Shown here: positions 26,253 through 39,651 of the stretch, piece after piece
Numbering within the stretch: position 1 is the stretch's first letter
Layout of the letters: each line of letters begins with the position of its first letter
Origin: Cycas panzhihuaensis
Lineage: Eukaryota > Plantae > Cycadophyta
Reading direction: 5' to 3'
Assembly: GCA_023213395.1 (NCBI GenBank)
Contig: CM041465.1
Span: 5,270,001 to 5,334,000, forward strand
Length of the DNA: 64,000 bases
The notes under the pieces: model-generated
Told to the model about the DNA's origin: nothing
What the model saw: only the letters and a program-made list of their open reading frames with translations
Database searches by the model: none
Position numbers and translations under genes: made by a program

Positions 26253-27795
26253 GACTTATCCTTTATGTTGAATCACTCTTGTTTACCCTTCATATTAGTT
26301 TGTATTAGTTTTCTCTAATATTTAATAGTTGCTTAGTAGTCTTTATGTAATATTTCTCTATAAGAAAGATGATAAAATAGAGTGAATTGATAAGAATGGA
26401 AGCACTTAATATATAAATCTTCATCAAATGCCTAGACTAGGTTAGGTTTTCCTTATATTTATAATTTATTTATGCTTTATTTATTAAAATTAAAAGAAAA
26501 ATAATAAGATAATAATTAGTCAATTTATTTTGGGTGAATATACAAAATAAAATTAATGTATATAAAGGTCCATTTTCTTAATTAAAAATCACACAGTAAA
26601 TTTCATATAAATTATTATATCTCAAATATAATAGACAATTATACTCTCTCATAAACTTTCATCACCCATAGGAGCCTATTATTTATATGGTAATTCCTTT
26701 ATTTTCATTCTTAGGTCTTTCCTTAAGTATTTCATTAGAGTTAAACAAGGGTGATTCCATAATAAACAAATAATTTTTGTTAATATATTGGGGATACGTT
26801 ACCATAATTTACTCTTACTATTTCTTCTTGTTCCATTTTTAGAGTGTTTTCTTTTATGGTATAATTTTCTCATAGACTTATGGACTACCTCATGAATTCA
26901 CTTCTATTATGATGGAGTGTGAAGCTCTTCCTTTTGGCCCTTTAGAAGAGAACATCTTCATTAAAGAAATTCTCAAATAGGAGACTCCTCAACCTCTATT
27001 AACTAGTCCCCCTTCACAACAAATAATCATATATTTTTCTCTTGTTTCACACCCTTTTAGGGAATCTAAAGTAGGACAATTTTCATATATTCTATTAATA
27101 CAAAATATGCATAAAATTAAATTCATACATTTATAACAAATACCTCATGATTTTGATTCAGCATATATTCCTCATATGTGAATACCCCATCTAATGTAAA
27201 ACATTATATCTAGTGTAGGTTTTGTTCCCTTTTTAACTCAATCTATAAGTCATCAATAATTTACTACAATGTCCCAACCTCTAGGTGCCTAAGATTTAAA
27301 TTTTGTTTTACTTTCTTCCCTTATTAGCTCTCATACATCAATTGGTACTATTTCACAATCTACTCTTCCACCATTATCATAAGTAATATTATAAATTCCA
27401 TAATCAACAACTCCATAACAAACTTCATCCTAAGTTTCTATTTTAAAGCCCTTTAAGATAACTCAATATATATAATCACTCAATAATCCTAATCAAGATG
27501 CTAATATTCAAGCTAGAAATTTAGATATATCAAAGTCCTTATCTTAGTTATAAAGTTCTTAGACAAATAAGCATAAATTTAAGTGTGTTTAGCTTATAAA
27601 TTATACCCTCGTCTAAAGCTACATAATCATTATAAGCTTAATATATAATATTATAAAATCTTATGGGGGCATCTAGTCTTCAAGCATCTACCTTTAAACA
27701 AGTTATTCTCCCACATTCTTAATAAATATAAATTTAAGTTAGTCATACATATATATCTATCCAACTAAATCTATCTTTGAACACCTCCTTATAAG

Positions 27796-28108
27796 TGAGA
27801 GCGCATAAGACAGAGCATGTTAATATACATTAATCCATAGTCGAAACATTGTAACAAATCTCCAATAATTAATGGCAGTATTAAGAAACACTTGGGTGGT
27901 ACATCTAGAATATTTATATATGTGGGGAGGTAAAAGTCTATTTCTACCCAACCATTAGTTCAATAATTAAAAAATAATAAATTAAAGCACAAACTTACCT
28001 TGTTGTCTCAAGGACATCTTGTGGTGGCTCGAAGACGATTGGTGGTGGCTCGTTGATTCCCAAGGTCTAATTACACATGCATTGAGTGTAATGGACATTA
28101 CTCTAGCA
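27796..28108 (-). repeat. 3' LTR of Copia E
   Basis: Between the TSD and the PPT; TG..CA termini. Confidence 0.75.
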
Positions 28109-31100
28109 TTCTCCCCCATAATTTCCATTATGTATAACTCTAAGTTTCTCTCTAAATTTATGGAACTTGGTTTTTCTTAATGCCTTTGTGAAGATATCTA
28201 CTATTTGATCTTTTGTGCTATTATACACCAACTTAATTTCACCTGCTTGGACCAATTCCTGAATGAAGTGATATTGAATCTCAATATGCTTAGTTCTATT
28301 ATGGAAAACTAAATTGTGAGTTATTTGAATGGTGCTTTGATTATCATACCAAATCTTGGTAGGGCCTTTCTGTTCCATTTGAAGATCATGTAGAAGTCAT
28401 TGTAACCATATTGTCTCGCATGCACCTAAAATTGCTACTTTGTATTTTACTTTTGTTGTAGATAAGGAAACTGTATTTTGTTTCTTTATGCTCCATATAA
28501 TAGCTACTAAACCTAAACTGAATGCATATCCTAAAGTAGATTTTCTATCATCAATATCTCCTACCCAATCTGAATCTGTATATCTAATCAACCTGAAGTA
28601 TGGTGAAGATATGTAGCGTAATCCATAATCTGTTGTACCCTTTAAGTATCGTAAAATTTGCTTAACTACTTGCTAATGAATAGATTTAGGATCTTGCATG
28701 AACCTTAAAACTACACTGACTACGTGTATAATATTAGGTTGTGTTGATGTTAAATATATTAGGATACCAATCAATTGTTTATAAAGAGTGGGATTCACTG
28801 GTGCAGAATCATCAAATTTAGATAACTTAATGCCAACTTCAACAGGTGTAGCTAAGGCTTTGTAATCACTCATCTTGAACTTTTAGAGTAATTCCAAGGT
28901 ATACTTTCTTTGGAAAATGAAAATTCCATCATTATCTTGCTATACTTCTAATCCTAAGAAGTAATACATCAAACCCAAGTAAGTCATTTCAAATTCTTTA
29001 CACATATCATCCTTGAATTTTTGTGAAAGGTGGGAGTCATTTCCTATAAAGATAAGGTCATCTACATAAAGTCCCACTATCAAGATGGTATCTCCCTTGA
29101 TCTTGATATATAAATTTGGATCCAATTAAGTTCTTTTAAATCCTTGGTCTCTAAAATATTTATCAATCTAAGAGTACTATGCTCTAGGTACTTGTTTTAA
29201 TCCATAAAGTGCCTTTTTCAGTTTATACACTTTATCTTCTTTCCCCTTGACTTTAAAACCTTTTGGCTAATAGACATAGATGTCTTCTTTAATACAACTA
29301 TTAAGGAATACATTTTTGACATCCATTTAATAAACATCCTAACCTTTTTTGGTAGCTAAACTCAACATCATACATATTGTCTCCATTCGTGCAATAGAAG
29401 CAAAAGTTTTTCTATAGTCTATACCTTCCCTTTGGGCATATCCTTTGGATATGAGTCTAGCCTTATATTTATCAATCAATCCATTAGATCTAAATTTGGT
29501 CTTATAGACCCATTTGGTTCCAATAGCCTTCTTGTTGGGAGGAAGGTCAACAAGTTTCCATGTATCATTCTTCACTATGGAATTATATTCTCCAATCATC
29601 ATGAGTATTATCCTTCTAAAAGATGTAAGGCTCATAAGTTTCCATGAATTGACTCATAAGGGTAAAGTTTACCCTTTGTGAATGAGTGGATTTGCTGTTA
29701 GAATCATTCTCTAGACTATTATCCAAGTTATGGTTCTTTTGAACCCATCTAGGAAACCTTTGTGGTGGACATTGAGAGGAGGTTCCCCCCCCAACCTAGT
29801 ACACCAATGTTTAGTCTTGGGTCCTGTCTAAGTGGCACATATGTGGACCTAGTAGTTAAGTCAAGGTTTATCATAATACCTTTGCCTTTGTCTTGAACAT
29901 AATCAAAGTGATAATAATCAATTTTTTTGAACATAATGTCCCTGCTCACCATGACCTTTCATGCTTTGGGATCATATACTTTATAAGATTTAGAAATATC
30001 ATTATAGCCAATAAATATGCATTTAATGCTTTTATCATCTAGCTTAGTCCTCTTTTATCCAAGGACATGGATATAAGCTAGGCAACCAAAGATTCTTAAA
30101 TGGTAGATACTAGGTTTGTATCCAGTCCATACTTCTTTAGGTGTCACCCACCTAAGGGCCTTGGTGTTACATCTATTGAGTAAGTAGACAATAGTATGGA
30201 TAGCTTCTACCTAGAATTCATGTCCCAACTTTTTATATTTCAACATGCACCTAGCCATTTCAACTATGGTGCAATTCTTTCATTTAGCCACCCCATTTTG
30301 TTGAGCGGTGAAAGAATTGGTGAGTTGTCTCCTGATGCCATGATGTATGTAATAGGTATTAAACTCATTTGAAATAAACTCTCCCCTATTATCTGATCTT
30401 AGGGAGAGTATTTATTGTCCACTTTGCCTTTCCATAAAGATTTTAAAGTCAACAAATCATTTTAATACATCTGATTTAAACTTTAAGAAATAGACCCAAG
30501 TTTTCCTTATGTGGTCATTAATGAATGTAAGGAAGTATTTAATACCTACTAATGAACAAACATTTATAGAACCATAAAGATCTGTATAGATTAGATGTAG
30601 TGGTCTTTTTGCTCTATAACTACCATCAAGAAAACTTTCTCTATGTTGTTTTCCTAAGAGACAACCTTCACAAATATCTTTGTTAGTTTTAATATGAGGT
30701 AGCCCATCAATCATGTCCATTTTCTTTATGAGAGATAAACTGTTATAATTTAGGTGGCCAAATCTTTTATGCCACATATTACTACTAAACTTAACTATAG
30801 TTCTTAAAGCATAGTTATCTGATAGGGTGAGAACTAGCTTGAAGAGTTTATCCTTAGTTATTTTTCCTTTCGTAACTACCACTTTATTCTTTATCTTATC
30901 CTTAATGGTACATTCACCATTGTCAAATATAACTTTATAGTATTAACCCATCATCTATCCTACTCATAAAAGATTTTTCTCCAAAGCTAGAACATAGAGC
31001 ACATCATTAGGATGTCAATATTCACCTAATTCTATCTTTAGGATGATGTCACCTCTTCTAATAGTTTCATGTGAGGTGTTATCACCAAATAGAATGGACC

Positions 31101-32348
31101 CCTTTCTAGTTTTATCAATGGTTTGAAATATCTCTTGTTTATGGTTATGTGAGTAGAGAAGCCATAATTGATATACCAACAGTCTTCTTCTTTCTCATGT
31201 GCAACAAAGTAGAATAGGAATAATCTATCATTTTCCCTTATTTCAAAAATTGTATTGGCACTTCCCCTTATAGGAGGGCTATTCTTGGCAAAATATCTAT
31301 CTTCTGGATGACCAACTTCATTGTAAAATGAATAGTAAATTTGATCCCTCCTTCCATAACTAAGACTCCTACTTTGAGGATTGGTTCTATCAATAGTGGA
31401 TGGTCTTCTTCTCTCTAAATGTGAAGCTTGATTATCCCTTTGCCCATTGTGGGGATAATTGAAGTTAGAACTTTGAGAGTTCATACGGCCTTGATAATTG
31501 TGGCAACATTGGTTTGCCTCTTAGTGCCTTTCTTGACTTTGATATTTGGTATGACTAGGATTTATTTGGTTTGCTCCTTGATTTCTTAAGTGTTGAGCAT
31601 GATATCTAACTTGTCATTCTTGATGTACTTCTTGTCTAGGGTGTCTTTCTCCCCCCCTTAGGGTTTGATCCTTAGATTTTAAACTTTCATCTTGTGAGTT
31701 TTACTTGATCCTAGCTTTGGTTGGAAATACATGCTCTAATGATTCACTTATGTTCCTTTTCTTCTCAACTACCATTAACATGCCACTTAATTGTTCAATT
31801 TTTAGGGTACTTAGATCCTCTAAAACTTTTATACTAGTTGCCACCATTTTAGATCCTTTTACTTCACCAACACATCTTAAAATTCTATCAACAACCCTTT
31901 ATTTGGTTAAAGTTTTACTAAGGGATCTCATCTGGTTTATAAGGTCTTGAACCTTGGTTATGAATTTAGTAATAGAATCATTAGGCATCAATCTCAAATT
32001 CCCAAATCCACTTCTTAAGGTTTGTAGCTTAGATGAGGCTAGCCCTTTATAAATAAGTTGTAAAGTATCCCAAGCCTCCTTAGATTTGGTTGCCTCACTC
32101 ACCTTAGGAAATATGTGATCCTCTAGAGTACAAAAAATCAAAACAAGGGCCTCATTATCCTTCTTTACATTCTCCTTGAATGTTAGTTTCTCTAAATTAG
32201 TTACATTTTAACTTGGTTCACTATATCATGTCTTCACAATATCCTACATATCCTTAGTAATGAGGATGGGTCTCATCCTTCTACTCCAATTTAAGAAGTT
32301 AAATTCCTTAAATTTAGGAATAATCATGTTGCAAAAACTAACTGTCAT
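28103..32348 (-). pseudogene. Copia E gag-pol polyprotein, fragmented
   Basis: SKEAWDTLQ (gag), WHKRFGHLN..CEGCLLGKQH (GAG-pre-INT), WVYKTK..KYKARL and LYVDDLIF (RT), YTDSDWVGDIDDRKST and HNRTKHIEIQYHFI (RNase H). Confidence 0.92.
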
Positions 32349-32460
32349 TATATCTCAAATAAAGTTTTATCAAGATCTCCCAAAGTTATAGATTTCTAAA
32401 TAAAGTTTTAAAAAGTGTCTCAAAGTTATAGATTTCCAAATAAAGTTTTGAAAAGTGTCA
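32349..32460. repeat. 40-bp tandem repeat (~2.8 copies) just upstream of the Copia E gag ATG
   Basis: CAAAGTTATAGATTT(C)(T/C)AAATAAAGTTTT(A/G)AAAAGTGTC at 32381-32420 and 32421-32460, plus a partial copy before. Confidence 0.85.
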
Positions 32461-32638
32461 TAGTTCCTAAGAAGGTTTCTAGGCTCTAAGTTTATGGGTC
32501 TCCAAGGGAAGCCTTTAGTTGCTATCCTATCTAATGGCATCTTCCCACAAGTGGAAAATTAGCGACCTAATATACCGATACATGAGCACTTAGCTTGATA
32601 TACCTTAGTACACAGGCTACAAAATCAAGCTATTACCA

Positions 32639-32895
32639 TATTGAAAAACAGATTGAAATCATATTTTAATCCATATTAAAGAGCATAATATCATTTCCAT
32701 ACATTGGGTGGTATTGATGAACACAAGGTTTTTGAGATCCAAATTATATATTCGACAGGGAGGTAGGAGCCTATCTCAACCTTAATTCAAAATAATATAA
32801 ATAATAAATGAAGCATTAAAATAAACCTACCATAATAGCTTTGGTGGCCTGCACACTCCTAATGCAAATGTTATGTAATGAACATTAACCTAATA
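32639..32895 (-). repeat. 5' LTR of Copia E (related to, but very divergent from, the 3' LTR)
   Basis: Between the PBS and the TSD; shares TTAATCCATA, GGGAGGTA and TGTAATG(A/G)ACATTA blocks with 27796-28108. Confidence 0.65.
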
Positions 32896-35800
32896 ATAAG
32901 GTGCTTAATATGGATCAATAAAGGTGAATCTTATATAACTAACTTTTGCATTATATAATCTACCTCTTAGATTTCCTTAATATGGAAGTAATCCAATAGT
33001 GATTAGCATTTTGTACCATACTATAAATATAACTACTTAATGGATTCATAGATCATATATGGATTATATAAATAAATACCCCTCTTACAACAAATATTCA
33101 AATGATCCCTTTTCCCCTTATTATTTCTCCTTTACCACACTTTGAAGGAACATAAGGAGAGGGCCCTCAAAGTCATATTCATGACTTTTATTTACTATGC
33201 TCTTAATGGCAATAGAATTGCATTCTTCTTTACCTTCTCTTCTTGTGTTCACTTTTTGGGATGCACTTAAATGGTTTTATTGATCACCCCCTCATTTGAT
33301 TTTTATGTTTCAACATCTTCTTGATTATATTATTACTTATTTTGATATAGGGAAACCTTTCAACTTAGGTATCAAAAATCTCACATCTACTAAATAAGGA
33401 CTTGAGGAGTCTTGTTAATAATTTTCTAAGAGATTTCAAGATTTAGTCATTGCCTCCAACTATGAAAATCTTAATAGTCTTCTTGTTGAATTATTCTTAA
33501 ATGTTCTAAGGCCATAACTTCACCTTGAAGTATTAAGGATGAATCCTATCTCTTATGAAGATGCCTTTAATAAGTCTCTCACTTTTGAGACATTTGAGAT
33601 TCAAGTTGGTCTTAAATCCACACTTAAGCCATTCATGCAAAAATCTAATAAAGCTGAATCTGATCATATAAGACAAGTTATTAGACCCATTTACTTTAGT
33701 ACTTTATGCATTAGAATGTAAGTTAGGTGTCACTCAAATCAATGTTGGAAACACATAAAAAGAGGATATATCTAAAACCATTACTCTTTCTAAAGACTAA
33801 ATTCCTCCACCTAAAGGTTATACTAAAAGATGGTGTACTTTTCATTAAATAAAAATTTACCTAGATTATGATTATTGGGCATTACATAAAATTAAGGCTC
33901 AATCTCATTACTTTAATTAATCTAAGTTAATTAATATCAACCTATATATAATAATCCCTTTCCTAATCACATAAATATATTGATAGGGGAATAATACCTC
34001 TAATGTAAAGGAATAATAAATGACCATCTAAATTAGAGACTTATTCTTCATCTTAAAAAGTGATTCAATTGCCCAAAAGTAAGTAACCTAGTCCTTATAA
34101 GAAGAATCTTCCTCAATGATATACTAATAAGGGAAAACAAATCATTAGTATGATTTACCCAATTGACACTACCAAAAAACTTAAAGGCAAATATATTATA
34201 GAGGAGCCTTCATCTTCACAAGATCATGAGCTTCCTGCTTTGCTAAGATTCTTATAAGATCCATATGCTTTCATTTTAGTTACCCACTCATCCATACTTA
34301 CTAAAGGGAAACATTATTCTATTATGGATAAATTACAATCCACCATAGCTAGTATTTCCATCCTAGATATTTTATCATCCTAATCAAACTTACCAACTCT
34401 TAGAAACCCTAAGTATTATAGATTTAGATTTGTATACAAAATAATTAAGACTTATTATTACCTTTAATCAATCTAAACCCCCTTTTAAAACTCATCATAT
34501 ACTTAATTCGTTATCTTTTATCTTTATTCTTTTAGAGGTTGGAGATGTTTATTTGGAACACATTTTGGTAGATGATGGATCCTCTATTAATGTAATGCCT
34601 ATTAAATTAATGTCAAACTTAATATTCAAGCCTATGAGGATGTCTCCTTGGATTACCATGGATATGAAAACATAATTACAAAACCTTTAGGCATGGTCAC
34701 ACTTCTAGTTACCACTAAAGATAAAATTATAAATAATGAAATCACTCTTATTGATAAAAAAATGGATTATAACTTTTTATTGGGTCATCCTTGGTTGAAT
34801 TATATGAGGGTAGTATACTTTTCACTATTTGATGAACTCAAGTATGTCCATAACAGTAAGGTTTATATTAGTAAACATACTATTGCTTTTAATTTTCTAT
34901 TTTCATAATCAATTCATAAAATTCCTTCTTATAATGAATGGAAGCCTTATGATTTCTCCCTTCAGGGTTGGTTCTAATGGAATCTTACCTACAGACCCAT
35001 CTGACATAGAGAATGCTTTTGTAGAACTCAACTTTTTTGTTTAGTCAACTTCTTATATCATGTGATTTTTGAAACTAACAAGCCTCATGAAGTTCCCTTA
35101 ACTTCTTCACCTATTTGGGATTCTATTTTCTTTTCCTTTATTGATGAAGAACTTATTATCAATTCCTCTCCTTATAATATAGACTTGACATTTCATTAAT
35201 TAGAGCCTATTCACATCACTACTTTGAATGACTTTTCTATTTAAAACCTTATATCATTAAAGAGTCTAAACTATGATGATGCCTCACTAGTATCTATGTT
35301 TCCTCCTTAGTCATTAAGTCATACTTTGATATTGATTATTTTAAGAACGATGAAATTTATTATTGAGTTCATGATAAATCCTCACATAGGACTTCTACTT
35401 AAACATCATAAATTAGGTTTTTAGAAGTACATTTCACCTCTTTCTATTAGGAATCTTTCCATAGAAGAGTTATTTCCTTGGTTGCTCATGTGTTACCTTA
35501 TTATGAGGAAGGGAATATTATGAATTTGGGAGGCATTATTAATATTTATCTCACAACTAAAGATAATCCTTAGATTATTAAGATTGGTCATGAATGTATA
35601 TCTTTTAAAATTACTCAATATAAACAATTAATTATAAAATTTTCTAATGTTTTTACTTGGGACTATATTGATATACCTAACATTAATTGTAGCATCATTG
35701 TTTATAACATTAATATTTATCTCAAAGTGTTCCCATATCATTAGAAATACCAACCCATTTGTTCTATAATTTTTACTATAATAAAAAATAGAGATTAAAA

Positions 35801-37203
35801 AAATTACTCTAAGCAAGATTTATTAACTCCATTAATTATCCTACTTGGGTCTTAAATATAGATCTTGTCACAAAGAAGAATGACTCAATTTGTACTTGCA
35901 TGGACTTTAGAAATATCAATAAAGCATGTCATAAAGATAAATTTCCTTTACCTTTTATTGTTCAAATTATCATAAGGGCTTTTGATTTTAATATTATGTT
36001 TCTTATAAATGGTTTCTTTGGCTATAACTAGATTCGAATTTCCTAATCTGATCATCATAAAATAACATTTACTATACCTTGGGATTTAATTTATTACAAA
36101 GTGATGTCCTTTTGTATAAAAATCATAGGTGCTATACATCGATGATCCATGCAACTTACTTTTAATGATCTCATTAAGAAAATCATTAAGATTTATGTTG
36201 GTGACATATTAGGCCTCTCACATATACATGAAGATTGCATTTGTGACCTTTGCTTGATATTTGAATATTTATGTAAATATTCTATTCATCTTAATCCAAC
36301 TAAATATATGTTTGTTATCATGACAAGTAAACTCTTATGTTTTATTATTTTATATTATGGAATTTACCCCGACCTTGATAAGGTGAAAGGCATTTTGGAG
36401 ATGCCATCACCTAAAAAAAAAAAAAAAAACTTTCTTAGAGCATCTTGATTTATTATGACATTTCCTTAAAGAATTTGCTTTCATCGTGTGACCTCTCAAA
36501 CACCACCTTAAGAAGGATACACCATTTGTTTAGACCTCTAAAGTTTAATAGGCCTTTGAATCAATTAAAACAAACTTTGATATCTACACCACTATTAGTA
36601 CCACCTTGATTTGATTGGCTTGTTTTTCTATTTACATCTACCACTAAAACTTTGTTAGGGGGATGCTTGCCTAGAAGGATAATTCAACTAATGAGAGAGC
36701 TATCTACTTCATCAGTCAAACTTTAGTATTAACTAAACTAAACTATAATTGGATAGAGAAACATTATATAGTTTGGTCTTCATAATAAAGAAGCTTAGGC
36801 ATTATCTTTTCAAAAATATCACACATGTCATAGTCTAAACTGACCCTCTTTGTTAATGGGTACTGATAAATCTAAAAAGGGAATGGTAGTCATTGAGTAA
36901 TTAGATGATATATCTCCCTATAATCATGAGGATGATCTTATTAATGATTAGTTTCTATATAGACATTTATTTTATATCGATATTTTATAATTTCATGATT
37001 AGTAGAAATACATTATTCTTTATTTGTAAGGCTAAGATCTTGAAGGAAGAGGCCTTAAAGTTATCTTCAACCTAGTATTTGTAACATAAGGAGAATAAAT
37101 AGATGTAAATAAAAATAAGGAGGTCAAATTAATTAAGCCTCTAAAATCACTCTCTCTTCATTTATATATTCATCATGCATTACATAAGTTGTTGCCTTAT
37201 ATA

Positions 37204-37686
<483 letters not shown>

Positions 37687-37698
37687 TGGTATCAGAGC
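37687..37698 (+). promoter_or_regulatory. Primer-binding site, tRNA-iMet (Copia F)
   Basis: Exact TGGTATCAGAGC abutting the LTR end. Confidence 0.95.
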
Positions 37699-39651
37699 TA
37701 TTACATGCTCTATTTGGTATTATTTTGAGAAACAAGTGAGAAATGTAGGTTTATTTGCCCATAATGACACCTTGTTCCCATACCTTTTTAAGTTTTTTCT
37801 TAATATTAGGTGGCCTCTAGTTAATCTAAAGCCACTGCTGGTGATTTTGAGATCATATTAGTGTGCATGTGCTAAGTTTCATGCTTGTTGCAGACCACAC
37901 AACTCATGGTTCCTGTTTTGGTTGAAATCACCCTATTTTGGCCATTTTTTCAACCTTAACTTGTTTGTGTAAGCTATATCTTGCATCCAAACAAAGTTAT
38001 GTAAATTCCAATTGTCCTCTAAGGATTCTCAGGCCCTTTTATAGGTAGTTTCATGGAGTTCTCTGAGTTTGATTGTCTGTTTATAGCCCCAGGCATCCAT
38101 ATGACTCTGTGAGCTTTTGTGACTTTGTTTGAGACTATTAATCACTAGTGCAGTTTTGTTTGAGCTCAAAAGGAGGTGTTGTAGTATTAATATCCATTTT
38201 CTATCAAGATTAGAGCTTATGTAAAGAGATTTAGAGCTTATTTAGCCTCCATTCTTTGTGGAGAGGTGCACATAGGTTGTGGAAGTCATATAGCCTTTTT
38301 TCATATAAAAGGTTTAATATTTTTATCTTACATTTTATAAAATTCATAAAAAATTTAAATGGATTTGATTTGGTGACTTAAATTTATATCTAAGCCCCCT
38401 CTTTTGATCATATTCTAAATTCATATAACTCTTTTTTTAGCTAAAAAGACACAGGTCTTAAATAAACTTAACTATCTTTTATATTTTTTATATTTGCTAA
38501 ACGTTTATTCCATATTTCATTGTGATTTGAAGTCTACAACCCCATTAACTCTTTAATAGGTGGTCACATGTTATAGTTTCATGATTGAGGGCTAACTTGA
38601 AAAGGGGCTTAAGCCCAATCTTCATTTTTTTCAACTTATAAAGAGTACTTATTACAATTTCTTTCATAATTTTCCAACTAGGAGTTAGAATTAGGTGTTG
38701 TCTAAACCATTAGAAAGACAACTCAAAGGGATATAGTTTAAAATTAGTTTAAGCTTGATTTGAGTTTAGTTTATAGGAGTTATAACTTACTAAATTTGGG
38801 TAAATTTTTAAGCATTCTTAAGCTTTCTTTCATCACTTGAAGGCTTAAACTCAAATTTTTATAAGACTCTTTGTTACTTTATGCTATTGTTGATTACTAG
38901 TTAACTATTCTAATCTACTTTTTAAGCTAATAAAGTGCTTGTGGTTGGTTTTTTATAGGTGTTCTCCTGGAGATTAAGGTGGACCTTTTTGGTGCAAGCC
39001 CCTCTCAAAGAGTTATAAACCCTTTAATTTCTTTTTAAGTTTTATATTTCCTTTCTTTTTTTAGCTTTTCTTATTAAAAAGAATCATTGTTTTTAAGTAA
39101 CTCACCTTAAAATCAATATTTAACTTGAAACATTAATCAAGATTATCCAAAATTAACAAGACAACTATACCTGCCTTGCAAGGCTAATGGTTAGGACTCC
39201 TAAAGTTGCCACTCTACATATGTCTTTAGGATTTCTCTAATTTGTTAAGGAAACCATTGGCTATAAGGTGTATAAAATGGCATGTTGAAGTGAACAACTA
39301 TCCTTTGGTGATTAGAGATTAGGCTAGACCTAGAGAGGGTGAGTGCCTTGGTTATTAATTTCTTATCGCTAGATCTGTCACTAGGCATAAGTTCGGTGCA
39401 AGTGGATCTATAAATTAAGGGGATATTTAACCTTTATAGCAACCCATATATTAAGGTATATAGAGCCTTAAGCTCATGTACTAGTATATATGGTTTTTGG
39501 TTTACCACTTGTGGGCGAGCACCACTAGATATAATAGTAACCGAGAGCTTTCTTGGAGACCCTAAAACTTAAAACTCTAGATTAGTAGCCCTAGGTAGAA
39601 TAGTATACAAGCCCTTAAAGCTTAAAAACTAAAATTAAAAGACACTTAGAA

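Larger units (their letters stand above)
27796..32895 (-). mobile_element. Ty1/Copia element E, structurally complete but decayed; TSD ATAAG
   Basis: ATAAG at 27791-27795 and 32896-32900; PPT next to 28108; degenerate PBS ~32629-32638; gag-PR-INT-RT-RH ORF fragments. Confidence 0.85.
26400..36863 (+). mobile_element. Old Ty3/Gypsy element of the Tat/Ogre type, interrupted by Copia E and cut in RNase H by Copia H
   Basis: gag ~33100-33600, protease HILVDDGSSINVMP (~34560) and DYNFLLGHPWL, RT CMDFRNINKACHKDKFPLPFI / GFFGYN*IRI / IYVGDIL, RH ERAIYFISQTL..KKLRHYL. Left boundary is uncertain. Confidence 0.75.
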
